Positions 26,191-39,019 of a DNA stretch of 64,000 nucleotides are shown piece by piece (within the stretch, counting starts at the first letter, position 1; each line of letters starts with the position of its first letter). A program made the position numbers and the translations under genes. Source of the DNA: Paraglomus brasilianum (taxonomy: Eukaryota); NCBI GenBank assembly GCA_910592345.1, contig CAJVPI010000007.1, positions 1 through 64,000 on the forward strand, read 5' to 3'. A model generated the notes under the pieces. The model was given only the letters and a program-made list of their open reading frames with translations. It ran no database searches and was not told where the DNA came from.

Positions 26191-26472
26191 TACCAGCGCA
26201 TCCCAACGATATTCCATTCCACTGTAACAATAATAAAATTTTTTATATGCTGCAAACGGCTTAGTCGCATCAAATAATTTTTAATGACTTTAAAGCATAA
26301 AAGGTTTTATTTTCTTATATCAACATTAAAGAAAATCGCACCATTTAATAGCTCTCGACATGTTTGTAATGCAACGTATTTAATTCACTTTTTTACAAAC
26401 CTTTATTGTAGGGAGATTTTCATTTTAATATTAATATCAGGATTCTCAACACCGCTCGAATCATATGCAATA

Positions 26473-26629
26473 CAGTTGAACACAGTTGGGACAGCCATGT
26501 TTGTTCTATCACGGAGGTGTTCTCTTATAGAGCTTATTCATTTACTAATAAGTCAGAGTCGTCTATGATAAAATGTTCTTTATGAGAGACTGTTCCTTTA
26601 TAGAGGGTTCTTTTATGAAGGTTTTACTA
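26473..26629. mobile_element. Old pogo-like MITE relic
   Basis: TA-CAGT start, gggacagcc core, repeated gttc..ttatagag, ends gaaggttttact. Confidence 0.35.
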
Positions 26630-26839
26630 CGATTAAACAATCAATTTAACATATTCCGTGTCAGTATACATATGCAGTTAGGCGAATGTATCGGAAATTG
26701 GTCACACGAATGACGATAAATTCGTCACAATGACTAATGTGATCTCGTCATACTTTATAATCCAGGTCTTTAAAAGAGCTTTAAGTGAAATAGAGATGCA
26801 AATTTATGGGTTGATTGTTAAATCGTATATTAATAAAGC

Positions 26840-28410
26840 TCGCTTCCTGGCGTTACTACTGAAACTTCTTCGCATAGGGTGTAAATATCTATTTTCGATC
26901 ACTGCTGGAATAAGTATCATAAACAGAGAATGATTTTTTACTTGTTGACTTTGTCATTTCGCACTAGTTCAGCAGCAGAAACATACATCATTCAGTAATA
27001 TTACCGCTTATCACTTCGTCCCTATAACGGAGGCTGAGGTTCTTCCGTTAAATCGAGAGATCTGCTAAATCGAGTTTCCACAATATACCGGACCGGACAC
27101 CAACCAAGTAATTTGTAACTATTGAAAAATTATGCAATGGGGAAAAAATGTTTCGCTGATATATTTCATGAGAAACAGAGAAAATGATGTTTTAGTACTT
27201 TATGATTAGTATCTGTTGTAGGTTATATCGATAGATTACTAACAAAAATGCAAGACAATTTTATTAGTGTCGGATTGGTTCCATGAAAAATCTCCCAGTG
27301 TCCGTTATATCGAATGAACTTGTATATTCAAATCCCCTATATCCCAACATATGACATATCTCAGCTTGGTATAACTAACGAGAGTTGAGGCTTGGGCAAA
27401 AGTGCAACTGCCATCTTGCACGCAGTCTACAAAGGCATTCAACATAACGAAGGCTTTTAAGAGCAAACTATCCAAGTTCTTATTGAATGCCTTCAAATTG
27501 AATAGTATATGAATATCGCAATAATATACTTGGAGTACTGAAAGAATGTCGTGCACTGGTTCACGTTTTTCGCACCTCAACTATTGCCCAGAGTTGACAT
27601 AATCAGATGCTAAAAGTTAACTCAACCTGCATATTAGCGCCCGTTGACTTTAGACGGACCTAATGAAGTTTATCTCAGAAGTTTCAAAGCAAGTGTACTC
27701 AGTGTAGTCTTCGACCGATCCGCAGAAATCTCGAGCATTTTGTTTGATAAAATGAAGGCTTTGTTAAAGAGCTGCTCAGAGAAATCAGGTGGAACGGAAG
27801 ACTTATTAGCTGGCATTTCGGGAGGTTGCTCGGGAGCGGGAGGATTGACTTAGAAAGAGAGATCAATGGGGTTATACTTTCTGTTTCCCCTGTTCCAATT
27901 TTATCATATGATGAGTATTATGCGCAGTATGCGCAGTCTTTATTGTATCATGTATAATATCTGTAACAAAGGTGGTTTTTTTTTCTTCATATTGTGACAA
28001 CGTATTCATTGTAATTGTTATTTACAGCATATTTGCGTACGATTAGATTACATTGCAGCGTACGTGTATACGCTCAATTGTTTCAAAGCTCGTCAAGAAT
28101 TGTTGACATTCTAATCCTATTTTTGGTGATATTCTTCTCTTATGATTAGCAAAATAATTAATAATTTCTACTTCTGAACAATATCTACCAGAGAATGTCA
28201 ACTTCTAACAAAGCCCTCTGTATTGATGCGGTCCGTTCCAATGAGACGCTTCCGTCATAACCATTTGTTGTATTAAACTGGCCATCATCGGAAGTATTAC
28301 CCAGGGTCAAACTGAACGCCAACTTCCATCGATGTATTAATACAGTCGCATTTATAATTGCTTCCGGAACTGCGAGAAAGTCATTGTTTTTTTTATGAGC
28401 CAAATTCGTT
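26840..28410 (-). pseudogene. Exon-like segments of an unidentified, probably degenerate gene
   Basis: AG/GT-bounded blocks such as NPPAPEQPPEMPANKSSVPPDFSEQLFNKAF...LLR* and NLDSLLLKAFVMLNAFVDCV; in-frame stops. Confidence 0.3.
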
Positions 28411-28551
28411 AGTTCTGCGTATCGGTGTTTGCGTTGTCAATTGCCTCGCTTATCTGCTGTCCTGTTACTATCACATGAACAATATGCAGAATTTGTCAAT
28501 CAAATGGATCACACAATTTTCGTTGCACAACAAATATAACGTCATATCAAA

Positions 28552-28679
28552 GAATTTACCTGCCAGGTCGCACGTCGTACGATTCACAATATTTCTATTT
28601 ATGGAGGAGTGGCGTCCAATGAAAGGATAATATTTGATCCTGTACGACATTTAAGGTTGTGTGACCTGGCAGGTAATTC
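28552..28679 (+). ncRNA. Long imperfect hairpin, candidate milRNA precursor or splicing switch
   Basis: gaatttacctgccaggtcgcac pairs with gtgtgacctggcaggtaattc; inner gtcgtac/gtacgac, aatatt/aatatt and tgga/tcca stems. Confidence 0.5.
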
Positions 28680-30431
28680 CCGATTAATGAAATTTTCAGA
28701 CTCGGGTGATTCACTGTTTCACGTTGTCAAAGCCACCAGATTATCTCACAACCCAAACAATACTATTACCCCATTCGTAATAGAGTATTGGGCGATCATT
28801 TAATAATAGCCATGTGGCGCAAACAGATAGTAACATGACCTATACCACAGCATTTGTGTATTAATATGGTATATTCAGCCAAGTGAGGCGCATGTGTGGC
28901 ATCCGGAACTTTGGAATCCGCACAAAAAAACCCGAGCTGCTTCATTTCACCAGGAATATTAATGGCTCAATCAAATAAGTTACCTAACTTGTTTGATACA
29001 ATATTCTCTCTGCATAGCTGTGTTCAAATCGAACAAATCAATTTGCAATCTATAATTAGATTAGAGTTTTATTGTGATATTCCCCGCAGACGTCGACCAT
29101 GTTGTTGTGTTAATTATTGTCTCATATCATGCGCATATGCACTGGGCCTTTGTTCCAGGGCTTTCGTTTCTTGGTTGACAAATATAGCTGTTGGATTTAT
29201 TATCGCGTTGCTAGAATCAATTAAGCTGCATCAGATTTGGACAACATGGAAAATAATGTTATCATCTCAAAATCGATTATTGGGTAACGCTAATTCATTG
29301 GTTCAGGCACACAGTCTTCTAGTTGTTATTGACGGGGTCTCAATGCCGCTCTACTTATGACGGATGATTGCAAATTTCTAGTTCAAGTAAACAAAGCATA
29401 AAGGCGTTTGGACATGCTTAATATATGCCTGCTCGCAATAACCAATAGCTTCGCTTACCAAACATTGTACTGTATGATGGTTTATGACTGCTCACATAAG
29501 AGGCAACAAGAAGCTAATTTATGTCAAAAGGTTCTTTATTGATGTTACCACTTTAGTGCAAAGTATAGATTATAGAATCGACTCTTTCCAAGTTTTGCAA
29601 CAACGCTATCGCCAACAACACTCTTGCTCGGAGTTTCTAGAATATAGTATAGTGCTCGCTCATTAGTATTTGTGTATCAATAGCCAACTTTGGTTAGATC
29701 CACGGGCAAATGTACAACGGCTCATATTAATTACTTTATTTGGTAACACTACATTGTTTATTCTGCTAATCCCCAAATTATAGTTGGGATATTTGCAAGC
29801 GATTGCCCGTACGCAATAATAAGTCGCTAGCCGATGAAACCGCATGGCATTTCTTCTTTCAGCTCTATCCGTTTGTAGTAGGCGAGGCGCAGCGAACATT
29901 TTACGTTGGAGAAAAACATCTATAGCTCAAACTTGTACAATATTTACAGTATACAATACCTCGAGCTAATGTTTGTTCTTGATAGGTAACAGACAATGGC
30001 TTCGATGTTGCAATTCATGGGGAGAAAGCCTATACTGAAAATAACTAATTATAATGCACTAATTGTAAATTTCAACATATACAGAGTATTATTGGCTACT
30101 TGAACGTCTTTTACTTGCTAATTTTAGTCAGTCGAAGCAATGATGATTGAGAATTCAATTGATTGAATAGAGTAGTTATTCATAGCCGAAAAATCAAATT
30201 AGTCATTTATTTCGATGAATGAGGACTGGCGCCATTTTGTGTCATACCAATCGAATGCAAGTAATTCTTAAACTTTGCTAAATCTTTGTGAACTGCTTTG
30301 GGCACGCTACAAAAATTCTTCGTGCTGTACGAGTTATCGATTAGGCATCGGCTATGCTATACTAACCGAACTAGCCTATATTTATGTTACCATGAACATT
30401 AAATTTACTTACCATTAATAAATACGTCGTA

Positions 30432-30520
30432 TTTATAAATATAAAAGGAACGCGATCAACAAAATCACTGTTCGCACTCATCCGCATAAAGACACCTCCT
30501 TCCCCTCTCCTCCGATTTTT
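30432..30520 (+). promoter_or_regulatory. TATA box and CT-rich initiator region of the HMG gene
   Basis: tataaatataaaa ~30434, then cctccttcccctctcctcc about 110 nt before the ATG. Confidence 0.5.
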
Positions 30521-30612
30521 TTTCCTCAGTGCAAGGAACAAAAACAAATTCATTCCTTCTAACCTGACCTAACCATACTTTTTCTCTCTCAAAATTTTTT
30601 ACAAGTGTCTCA

Positions 30613-31560
30613 ATGTGCGAACCAACTACTTTTCATTCTGGCTCACAGTCTGCCGCCACCGAAAATTCTGTGCCTCAACAACCGATAATGGTCCCATTTC
30701 CTCCGCCAGTCAAGGTAGAGGATTTAATCAACTTAAAAAAGGATGGCGAGGTGCCAGCAAGATCACCTAACGCATTTCTGATCTATCGGAGATTGTTTGT
30801 CCGTGAATTAAAAGCAAAGAATTGCACATTTAAAATGACTGAAGTCAGCGCTATGGCTAGCATATCTTGGCAGAATGAACCGAAATACGTTAAGGATGAA
30901 TACTGGCGCATTGCCACGGACGCACGGAACGCTCTAATGAATGCACGTCGTACGTCGTTGTCTTTTGCTCGTCGGAAACAACGCGGCTGCTCGAATCGGT
31001 TTACTGGTCGCATAAAGGGAGCCTCTCCAGCAAATGAAGGCAAGAAAAAGAACATTGGAAATACAACCGAACCAGCTCATGTCCAACAGCAACAAAACAA
31101 GTCGCAACAAATTAATGGTGAACAAAACCAATCCTCGGGAAAACCGATACAGCAATTCGTTTTCGATCCATTTGCTTGTATGCCATCGGAATGGCTGTAT
31201 ATGCACACACTTGACCAGCCACCTTACCTTCATCCTCCCTCCATCGCTTTATCTCCGGATTCCCAGTACGTTAATGACATACCCGAGGATGGCAACTATT
31301 TCTGGAATATAAATTCGATTGGTCAATCGTCGTCTGACGAAGAGTTGACCAATCAACCCACCCCGTTGCAGTCGCTGGATGTATCTCCGTCTATGTCAGT
31401 TTGGATGAATAGTCCGTCAAGCCCTTCTAATAATGTTAGTGAACAGACAGATGTTTCGTCATATCGTCAATCCATCGCTAGTTGGGATAACCCCATGTAT
31501 AATATTCAGATAGGTGATGAAGATGAGCAACTTTTTCAACAAACATTTATGCTTTCGTAA
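30613..31560 (+). CDS. MATA-type HMG-box transcription factor (intronless)
   Basis: PFPPPVKVEDLI..VPARSPNAFLIYRR..MTEVSAMASISWQNEPKYVKDEYWRIA; Q/S/P-rich C-terminus. Confidence 0.92.
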   Translation: MCEPTTFHSGSQSAATENSVPQQPIMVPFPPPVKVEDLINLKKDGEVPARSPNAFLIYRRLFVRELKAKNCTFKMTEVSAMASISWQNEPKYVKDEYWRIATDARNALMNARRTSLSFARRKQRGCSNRFTGRIKGASPANEGKKKNIGNTTEPAHVQQQQNKSQQINGEQNQSSGKPIQQFVFDPFACMPSEWLYMHTLDQPPYLHPPSIALSPDSQYVNDIPEDGNYFWNINSIGQSSSDEELTNQPTPLQSLDVSPSMSVWMNSPSSPSNNVSEQTDVSSYRQSIASWDNPMYNIQIGDEDEQLFQQTFMLS

Positions 31561-32988
31561 ATACACTATAAATAATAAATATCGTTATGAACATAATACA
31601 TATAAATACACATATCCGTTTTACATATATATGTGATAGTTGTAATCGTATTGTTATTTCATTATACATGTACGTATATATGTATATAGCATATATGCCT
31701 TTTGTTTAGATTCATAGCTTCGACTCTTCTTTTTACTCGTTATGTTATTTATATTTCGCAAATAATGTTATCAAGTAGTTCAATCACAACCCGTGTATAA
31801 CGTTACGTTATATGTTATAATAATAAGTTTATTGAGATTGTAATTAAGAAGGCTGGCTTTATGCATAAAAAGATCGGTAGGAATATGTTTAAATAAACGC
31901 AGTGGGAAACCAAGAATATGATATTGACTATGTTATTATTGCAACTGCGTCTCTTTCAAAAAGTTTTATGTGTTGTACGGCATGTCTTTACTGATTTGCA
32001 GTCGTTTACTCTTCTGCTCTTCCATTTTTTCCAATCACTGTCTGTGCATAAGCACACTATTCAAATTAGGGTACGCAACTTTCCGAATTAGTCATTTCTT
32101 AGCGTTAAGGCATTCGTACACAGAATTAAGCATGCATTGTCTGATCGGCACAAAAAAACCGTTTGTGGTTTCCGCTTCACTTTTTTAATGCAGTCATTTA
32201 AACTGTTAATAAGATTATTACTTTTGGCTCTCCTTTAAACTGATCTCGCTGACTCGTGCCCATTTTTTATCTTCTTCATCTGATTCATCCTCTAAATTTT
32301 CAATTGGATTTCGACCATGGTTCTGGTAGGTAGAAAATGAGACTAAATTCAGTTATCCTCTTTAACGTTTCTGTGTGATTGTCGTCCTGAAAAAGACATC
32401 TGCATACCTAAATTTATGAATTCCTTTTTATAGCATCAATGTTACTCGAATTAAAATTGGTTTCACAAAATGGGCTTTTACAGTGATTGTAATTAAAATA
32501 ACCTTAAAAATTGCTGTGCAATTTATAATTAGAGCTGTCATTTGCAAATTGAAAATTCAGAACAATGGTATATGAAATTTAAGTTTTGCTAACACAACAG
32601 GCATTTAATTTCATCAAAGAAGAGGTTTGCGTTCTTTACGATATGAGCGTGGCTTTAAATCGTTCTAAATAGGAAATCAAATAACCATAAAAAAGGTAGC
32701 CACTATGAAAAATAAGTGTAAGTTAGCGTGCATTGTGCATCGTCCATGCAGCCACGCGTAATAATAAACAATACTGTAATTGAAACTGACGTCAATTGGG
32801 TCGCATGGTTTAAGCAAGCAAATAGTCGAGTTTCTGCTTCTCTGTTAGACGCCTCGTGGTTACGCTAACGTGTGCATGCCAGTATTGAGTTGCCACATAT
32901 TACTCGTCGGGAAGTCCGACTGTTTCACATAAATTAATTACACCGTTCGCTAACAAAGATATTATATATTAGGACAAGAAATCAACTA

Positions 32989-33162
32989 CCGTCAAACCGC
33001 TCTAATTGCATACAGTCGGGACCGCATATTTATGCATTAAAAAGTATGCATTTAGAGAAATAGCCACACTAGTTGACTAAAAAATTTACTTATTGTGAGG
33101 GTCGGTTGGATACTTATTAGTAGAGTTGATTAATTATGCGTATGAGCGAATCCTTTGAACGG
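32989..33162. mobile_element. Degenerate pogo-like MITE
   Basis: TA-CCGTCAAACCGCTC..TGCATA at left and TATGCG.ATGAGCG...TTTGAACGG at right form imperfect TIRs; gggaccgc core. Confidence 0.45.
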
Positions 33163-34122
33163 TTATTCTCGTATTTATGATTGGTTCTATGTATTATATT
33201 TCAACAATAAATGTCATATGAAGGAATTTCTGCGTCTGCTGTGTTCTCATTTGATGTTAGCTAGTTTCATTCGTTCAATTTCTGCAATAATAAATTTTTT
33301 ATCTTCACAGGATAGGTCGATATTGTTTGGAGAATACTGCCTTTCCCTTAACGATTTTGATATAATGTTGGATAACTGTTGATTGACCCGAGTGGATTTG
33401 TTCATATTATTATACTTTATAATAGGGCTTCGATTATTAGAATCCTGTTCTGATGCAAGGGCCTGTTGTGTTGTGTCTGAGTTTGGGACCTGTCTCAGTT
33501 CGGAACCAGTCACTCAGACCAGAACTCAGTTGTTTCAGTCCAGAACTGAGACAGATCCCCAACTGAGTAAAAATAAAACAAACAACATAAAGCCAATGTT
33601 AATGGTAAAAACTGGCTGTGTTTGCCTCCTCTATTCTCTCTACCTGTTAAAAAGAAGCTCTATCGATTATATATCAAGGCAAATCACTATTCAATTGTAT
33701 CTCTTCCAAGTCTTGGACAACAGCAGAATCTAATCGTTATATTGATTTTTTATAGGAGAAATTCCTCCTTTTTTATCATTGGAGCTTATGTTTGAAATTT
33801 GCAATAATATCCAACCCAGACAGGCAAGTGTCAAGCAAAATAATCGATTAGAAGAGAAAAGGCAACGGTAGACAGATTGTTAATTACCAGTCAATCAACA
33901 GCAAAGGAGGGAAATGGAGATACACAATATCCAGCGAGCTAGTATAGTTTGATATGGACCACAATCTGAGTATGTTTTTTGGCAGAAATAAGCAAGACTA
34001 CGTCTTGTCTTCAAATGGGGATACATTTAACGCATTCTAGCTAATGCCTTATTGTTATGCCTCCAACGGACAAAGCATCACATCATTAACCCACCACTTA
34101 TACATGTTATCTGACAATCATA

Positions 34123-34420
34123 GGACTACACGAAAGATTACTCCAAGAAAATATTGCTTTCGGGCAAAGAACCCAAAAAATAGCCATTGACTTAGGGATT
34201 GGCATTTTTTTCCTGCTGGCAATTGCTTATTTTTGGTCAGTTTAAATTTAGAAAAACTAAGTGAAGAATTCAATGGTTGGTTAAGAAAAAATAAAACAGT
34301 TCAAGAATACTTAGATACTATTTATCCTCCTGAAAAGAGAAAAGAAATAATACGGCTAAATATTAATAAAAAAACCCTCCAAGGAGAATTAGATTTATCT
34401 GATTTTGTTAATTAGAATCA
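34123..34420 (+). pseudogene. Frameshifted TM + LRR N-cap fragment resembling Mycoplasma-related endobacteria (MRE) LRR proteins
   Basis: IAIDLGIGIFFLLAIAYF, 1-nt shift, then LVSL...VQEYLDTIYPPEKRKEIIRLNINKKTLQGELDLSDFVN(LE); intronless and very AT-rich. Confidence 0.65.
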
Positions 34421-34769
34421 TGTAGTACATAATCGCTCTCTTATTATTATTATTATTATAGACAGTTTTGCGAACGTTATAAGTTTACGTTAATTAATGT
34501 TGATAGAAAATCCAAACATTGTGCACGTGATGGTTCAAAAATAAAAAAATAGCAAGCTAGAAATTTGGTTTCGTTAACAAAATTCCAGTACACAATTCGA
34601 AAAAACACACTTTAGCGGCTTCTTTAATACTCATAATAAAGAAAAAATATACACAAATAATAATGTGCTGCCCTTTTGATAAGTTTGTTCGCGATATATC
34701 CGTACGATGTAACACAATAAATATTGTGCTTGGAAAATTTTTATTCAAACTATTGTCGTCGTTAAAAAT

Positions 34770-37231
34770 ATGCATAATCCAGCAATTGACGGCTTGATTC
34801 AATCCTCCTGGGCAAGTTATTATGAACTCGAATGGATTCCTTGTTCTGAAATCACTGAAATCACTGATATCAAGCCAACTCCAACAGACACTATCTATTA
34901 CGCTAGTCGCAAACTTAAACTGTTTGGTAGCAGTGAGAAAACAATGTTGCTGTTACTTGGGAGCGACGAAACATGTACACTAACACTAGTGAGTGAGTTT
35001 GCTAGAATATACTCGCTTCCGACATGCCAGCACAACAATGACGTTAATCAGTTCGGAAGATACAAAAAAATGCTTAAATATCGCAACAATCAAATACATG
35101 GATTTACTAAATACGACGGTAACTACTACATGGTTGCTGATAGAAAGTTTTACGATTATTATTCTCTCTATGGATTCTGCTCCGCCTGTGGAATACTCCG
35201 ATGTAGTCCTGTGTGGTGCATATGTGGATATAAAAAATTATCCGATGGATGGACTAGCAATAATAAGCAACTCGATGGGTTTATTAAGAAATCTCAATTA
35301 CAAACAACCTCAGCAAATCAAGCCTATTTGGAATGGATTCCATTTGATTGGATTTTTTTATATTGGGGACATTCTGACAATCCCAAGTGCTTATATAGTC
35401 TACATCATAATATAGGGGATGTTGAATTGATTCCGCTTGAAATAACCGATGAGGCAAATGATTCATGTTATAATAAGGTAAATAAATTATTCAATTATAA
35501 TTATGCAGTATGTTTATTGAATTGTTTGGATAATTAATGACTCAATATAACATATCATTTCACTAGTTATATGACGAGCATCCAGATATTCTTATGAAAA
35601 ATGTTTGGCTTACCATCGGCTTTACATACAATGCACGTGAACAGAAGTATTGTCTAATAAAGAGTCATGGGCATGGATTATGCCTGATGTGTGCAGAGCG
35701 ATTAAACCGCAGGATAAATCCATTCTGTTTTCATTGTAAAGCACCAATACCTTTCGATTGGACTACGGGCAACAAGTCTTTGGATTCATTCATTATGGAG
35801 TCGTGGAGTAATGTAAAAGTTATGTATGATGCGTATATACAATGGATAGAATATTCTCTATTGATGAATGTACAACAGATGAGATCATTACGCCATGGAT
35901 GCACACATATTAATACAGCATATTGGTTAGATCAGAGAACAAATAAATTGATACAAGTGACACTCAAGCAGATAGGTGATAATCAGTCACTTGATTTTGA
36001 TCAGGTAAGTCATTTCACAATGCAAATAATATTTGTCTTTTGTGATGACTGTTGTAACAACTATATTTGCTTACCCAAATTAAAATAGCTGGTTAAGGAA
36101 TACCCAACAATATTAACCCCCGAGAATAGTTTGATGATTGGGATCACTCAAGAACCATCTACTCAAGCATATTATTTAATTTTCTACCATGAAATACGTC
36201 CAATATTGGACAAAATTATACGATATTACAAATGTGTATGGTATATGCAGTATGACGAGTTTTATGGACTCAAAGAAATTGGATCTGGTGGTTATGGAAC
36301 AGTTTATATTGCCAAAAATAAAAAGTATTCAGAATATAATATGCCACAAACTGTTGTACTCAAACGATTTAAGAATTTTGATCAGATGCCAGAATTATTT
36401 ATTAACGAGGTAAGCCTTCTTCAACATTATCAACTAACATGATATTTAATCTAACTCTATATTTATTTTATTTAATAGTTCAGAAATCATACCAAGTGCA
36501 TATATGCTGGGATATCTGCAAATATCCTTATAATTTATGGAGTCACACAAGACCCAGAAACAAAAGACTACATGATTGTTATGCAATATGCTAACAATGG
36601 TAGTCTTTTGTCTTATTTGGATCAAAACATAAACAAGTTGACATGGAGGATGAAATTGCAGTATTTGAGGGGTATTGCAGATGCTTTATATGCTATTCAT
36701 TCTATGGGATTAGTGCATTGTGATCTTCATGGCAGAAGCATAGTTTTGCATATTGACAATGAGTCTGAGACAGAAAAAGATTTTCAATTATGTGATCCAT
36801 TCATACATGATTTTAGTCTTTCTCGACCAGAAAATTCACATCAGTCAACCATTCAATATCAAGGCATTTTACCCTTTATTGCACCAGAAGTTTTTCATAC
36901 TTGGCAATTTACAAAGAAATCAGACATATATTCTTTTGGTCTTATTATGTATTTAATGGCCACTGGTGAACCACCTTTTAGAGATAGAGAATTTGATAGA
37001 AATCTATTATCTGACATTATGGGTGGACTACAACCAATGATGCCTGATTCAGCACCAGAGGAATACGAGAAACTTGCTGAGTGGTGTTGTGATGTCAATC
37101 CTGACAAGCGTCCAGATGCAAAGACAATTCGGGATGATATTATCAATCTTATTAAAGAAGTGGACAAGGATAATTCTAGAAGCAACATATGGGATACAAT
37201 CTATTATAATTACAATGATGTAAAACCGTAA
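34770..37231 (+). CDS. TKL-type protein kinase paralogue (copy B), possible pseudokinase
   Basis: Exons 34770-35477, 35567-36004, 36089-36409, 36479-37231, same intron positions as copy A; GSGGYG, VVLK, HCDLHGRS, DFS, APE. Confidence 0.88.
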
Positions 37232-37838
37232 ATACTCTAGTAAGTTCTTACCTCCTACTACTACTAGAGATTTGCCTAAATCATATGATTTGGATTCAGC
37301 TGCGGGTATGAAGATAGCAACTGGTTATGTGTTGATATAAATGAAGTCTACTTTACAATATTAACATGTTTATTGTTTTTATAATCTAGTGACTCATAAT
37401 CTCAAATAAACTTGTGATCGCAGTTCAAGTCAGGACTATTAGTGAGCGACTAATGGCTTGTATGCTTTTGATCGTAGTACCATTCGAACCGCCAATAAAA
37501 ATCAGTTGCTCGGGTGAATATGACTATCCAATTTTTACCAATAAGAAAACTATAGAGTAGTTTATTACCGCCTCTGTAACTTTCAATGAGTTTTCTTACT
37601 TCCAGGTACAATCTATTGCTATGCCACAAAGCTTCAGTGTTGTTGTCCCATCACTTACATGTTATCTCGATTTATTTATCAGTTTCGACAATCCTGAGCC
37701 AAGATAGGAAGGACCATTACATGATCGCTCTCTTATAAACGGTTTTGAGTAATCACTACAGACGCTATGAGTTATGTAATAGCGTACGATGATACGTTGT
37801 TGATGTAATATTGATAGGAAATCCCAACGTTGTGCATA

Positions 37839-37874
37839 ATAATAAAATAAAATAAAATAAAATAAAATAAAATA
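37839..37874. repeat. (TAAAA)n microsatellite
   Basis: aataaaataaaataaaataaaataaaataaaataa. Confidence 0.8.
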
Positions 37875-38329
37875 ACAACTAAAAAATAACAAGCTACAGA
37901 TATTAATATGCGTTCGTTAACATAATTCCAGTTGAATTCTCAAGGCTTAAACCAATAGTTAATATATGGATATGCGAGTGGGCAACACTGCTGGTATAAT
38001 AATATGATAATTGCAGTATTTGTACAGTGTAAAATTAAATTTGCTGTTGTTAATGTCAAATTTTGGCCGAAAAAATTTTTTGTTTGATAACACTTGCTGT
38101 TATTTTATTATAGCATGTCTGTAAACTCGGTTATGTGTATAAGAGTTAAGAGGTTTAAATCAAAGTTTTGGGAAGTCTTTAATTTCACAGGAGCGCGGAA
38201 GAGATAAGGTCAATCCACAGTATTCCGTAAAGTTAAAAAGTATGGGTCACAAAACACTTTGCAATTAAGAAACTTGAGAATCGGTTCATTTAGTTGGTAT
38301 GAGTCTGTATTATAATATTCCTCGAAATT

Positions 38330-39010
38330 AGGTACTCGCCGAGAGTCAAATTCAACCATTCAAAGCGTTTTACCATTTATTGCGCCGGAAGTCTTCTACA
38401 CTTGCAAATTTACTGAGAAATCAGACATATTAATATATGCGATGCATTTTGCTACTGATTTAGTGATAGTAATAGGCAGTTTGATAGAAGTTTAATATGG
38501 GTGGACACGACCAACGATGCCTGATTCCGTCCAGAAAATTCTCAGCTTTGTCGTGATGCCAATCCCGACAAGCGTCCAGGTGCAAGCTTACTTCTTAGAG
38601 AGGAGAACAAGTATAAGCATTATTATTATAACGATATATGGGATACTATCTATCATAATGACATAAGACCCTTGACGCGTCTTGGAAAGGAGAGTAAATA
38701 TTCTAGCAAACTCTTACCTACTGGAGATTTGCTTAAACCGGGAAATAGCTATGATTTGGGTTCAGCTGCAGATATGGAGACAAGAATTGATTATGTGTTG
38801 ATACAACAAAGTCAATTTACAACATTAACATGTTCATTGTTCTATAATTTAGTGACAAACTCTTTTTGAATAAACTTGTAATCACGGTTTATTTAAATTT
38901 TCAATCGGGTTCAAGTCTGGACTATTAGCGGGCCAGTCTATGATTTGAAGGACATTCTCCTGAAGAAATAACTTGGCTAAATAATGGCTTGTATGCTTCG
39001 GATCGTTGTT
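38330..39010 (+). pseudogene. Kinase-family relic (C-lobe, tail and 3' flank)
   Basis: STIQSVLPFIAPEVFYTCKFTEKSDI, DANPDKRP, IWDTIYHNDIRPLTRLGKESKYSSKLLPT; frameshifts. Confidence 0.8.
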
Positions 39011-39019
39011 CTAGTTAGA

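Noticed and set aside
28552..28570. U1 snRNA gene
   Set aside because: Only the 5' ~13 nt resemble U1; no U1 loop motifs or Sm site follow
30613..31560. HMG gene as a mating-type (sexM/sexP) locus
   Set aside because: No flanking triose-phosphate transporter or RNA helicase; MATA-HMG genes are highly expanded in AM fungi
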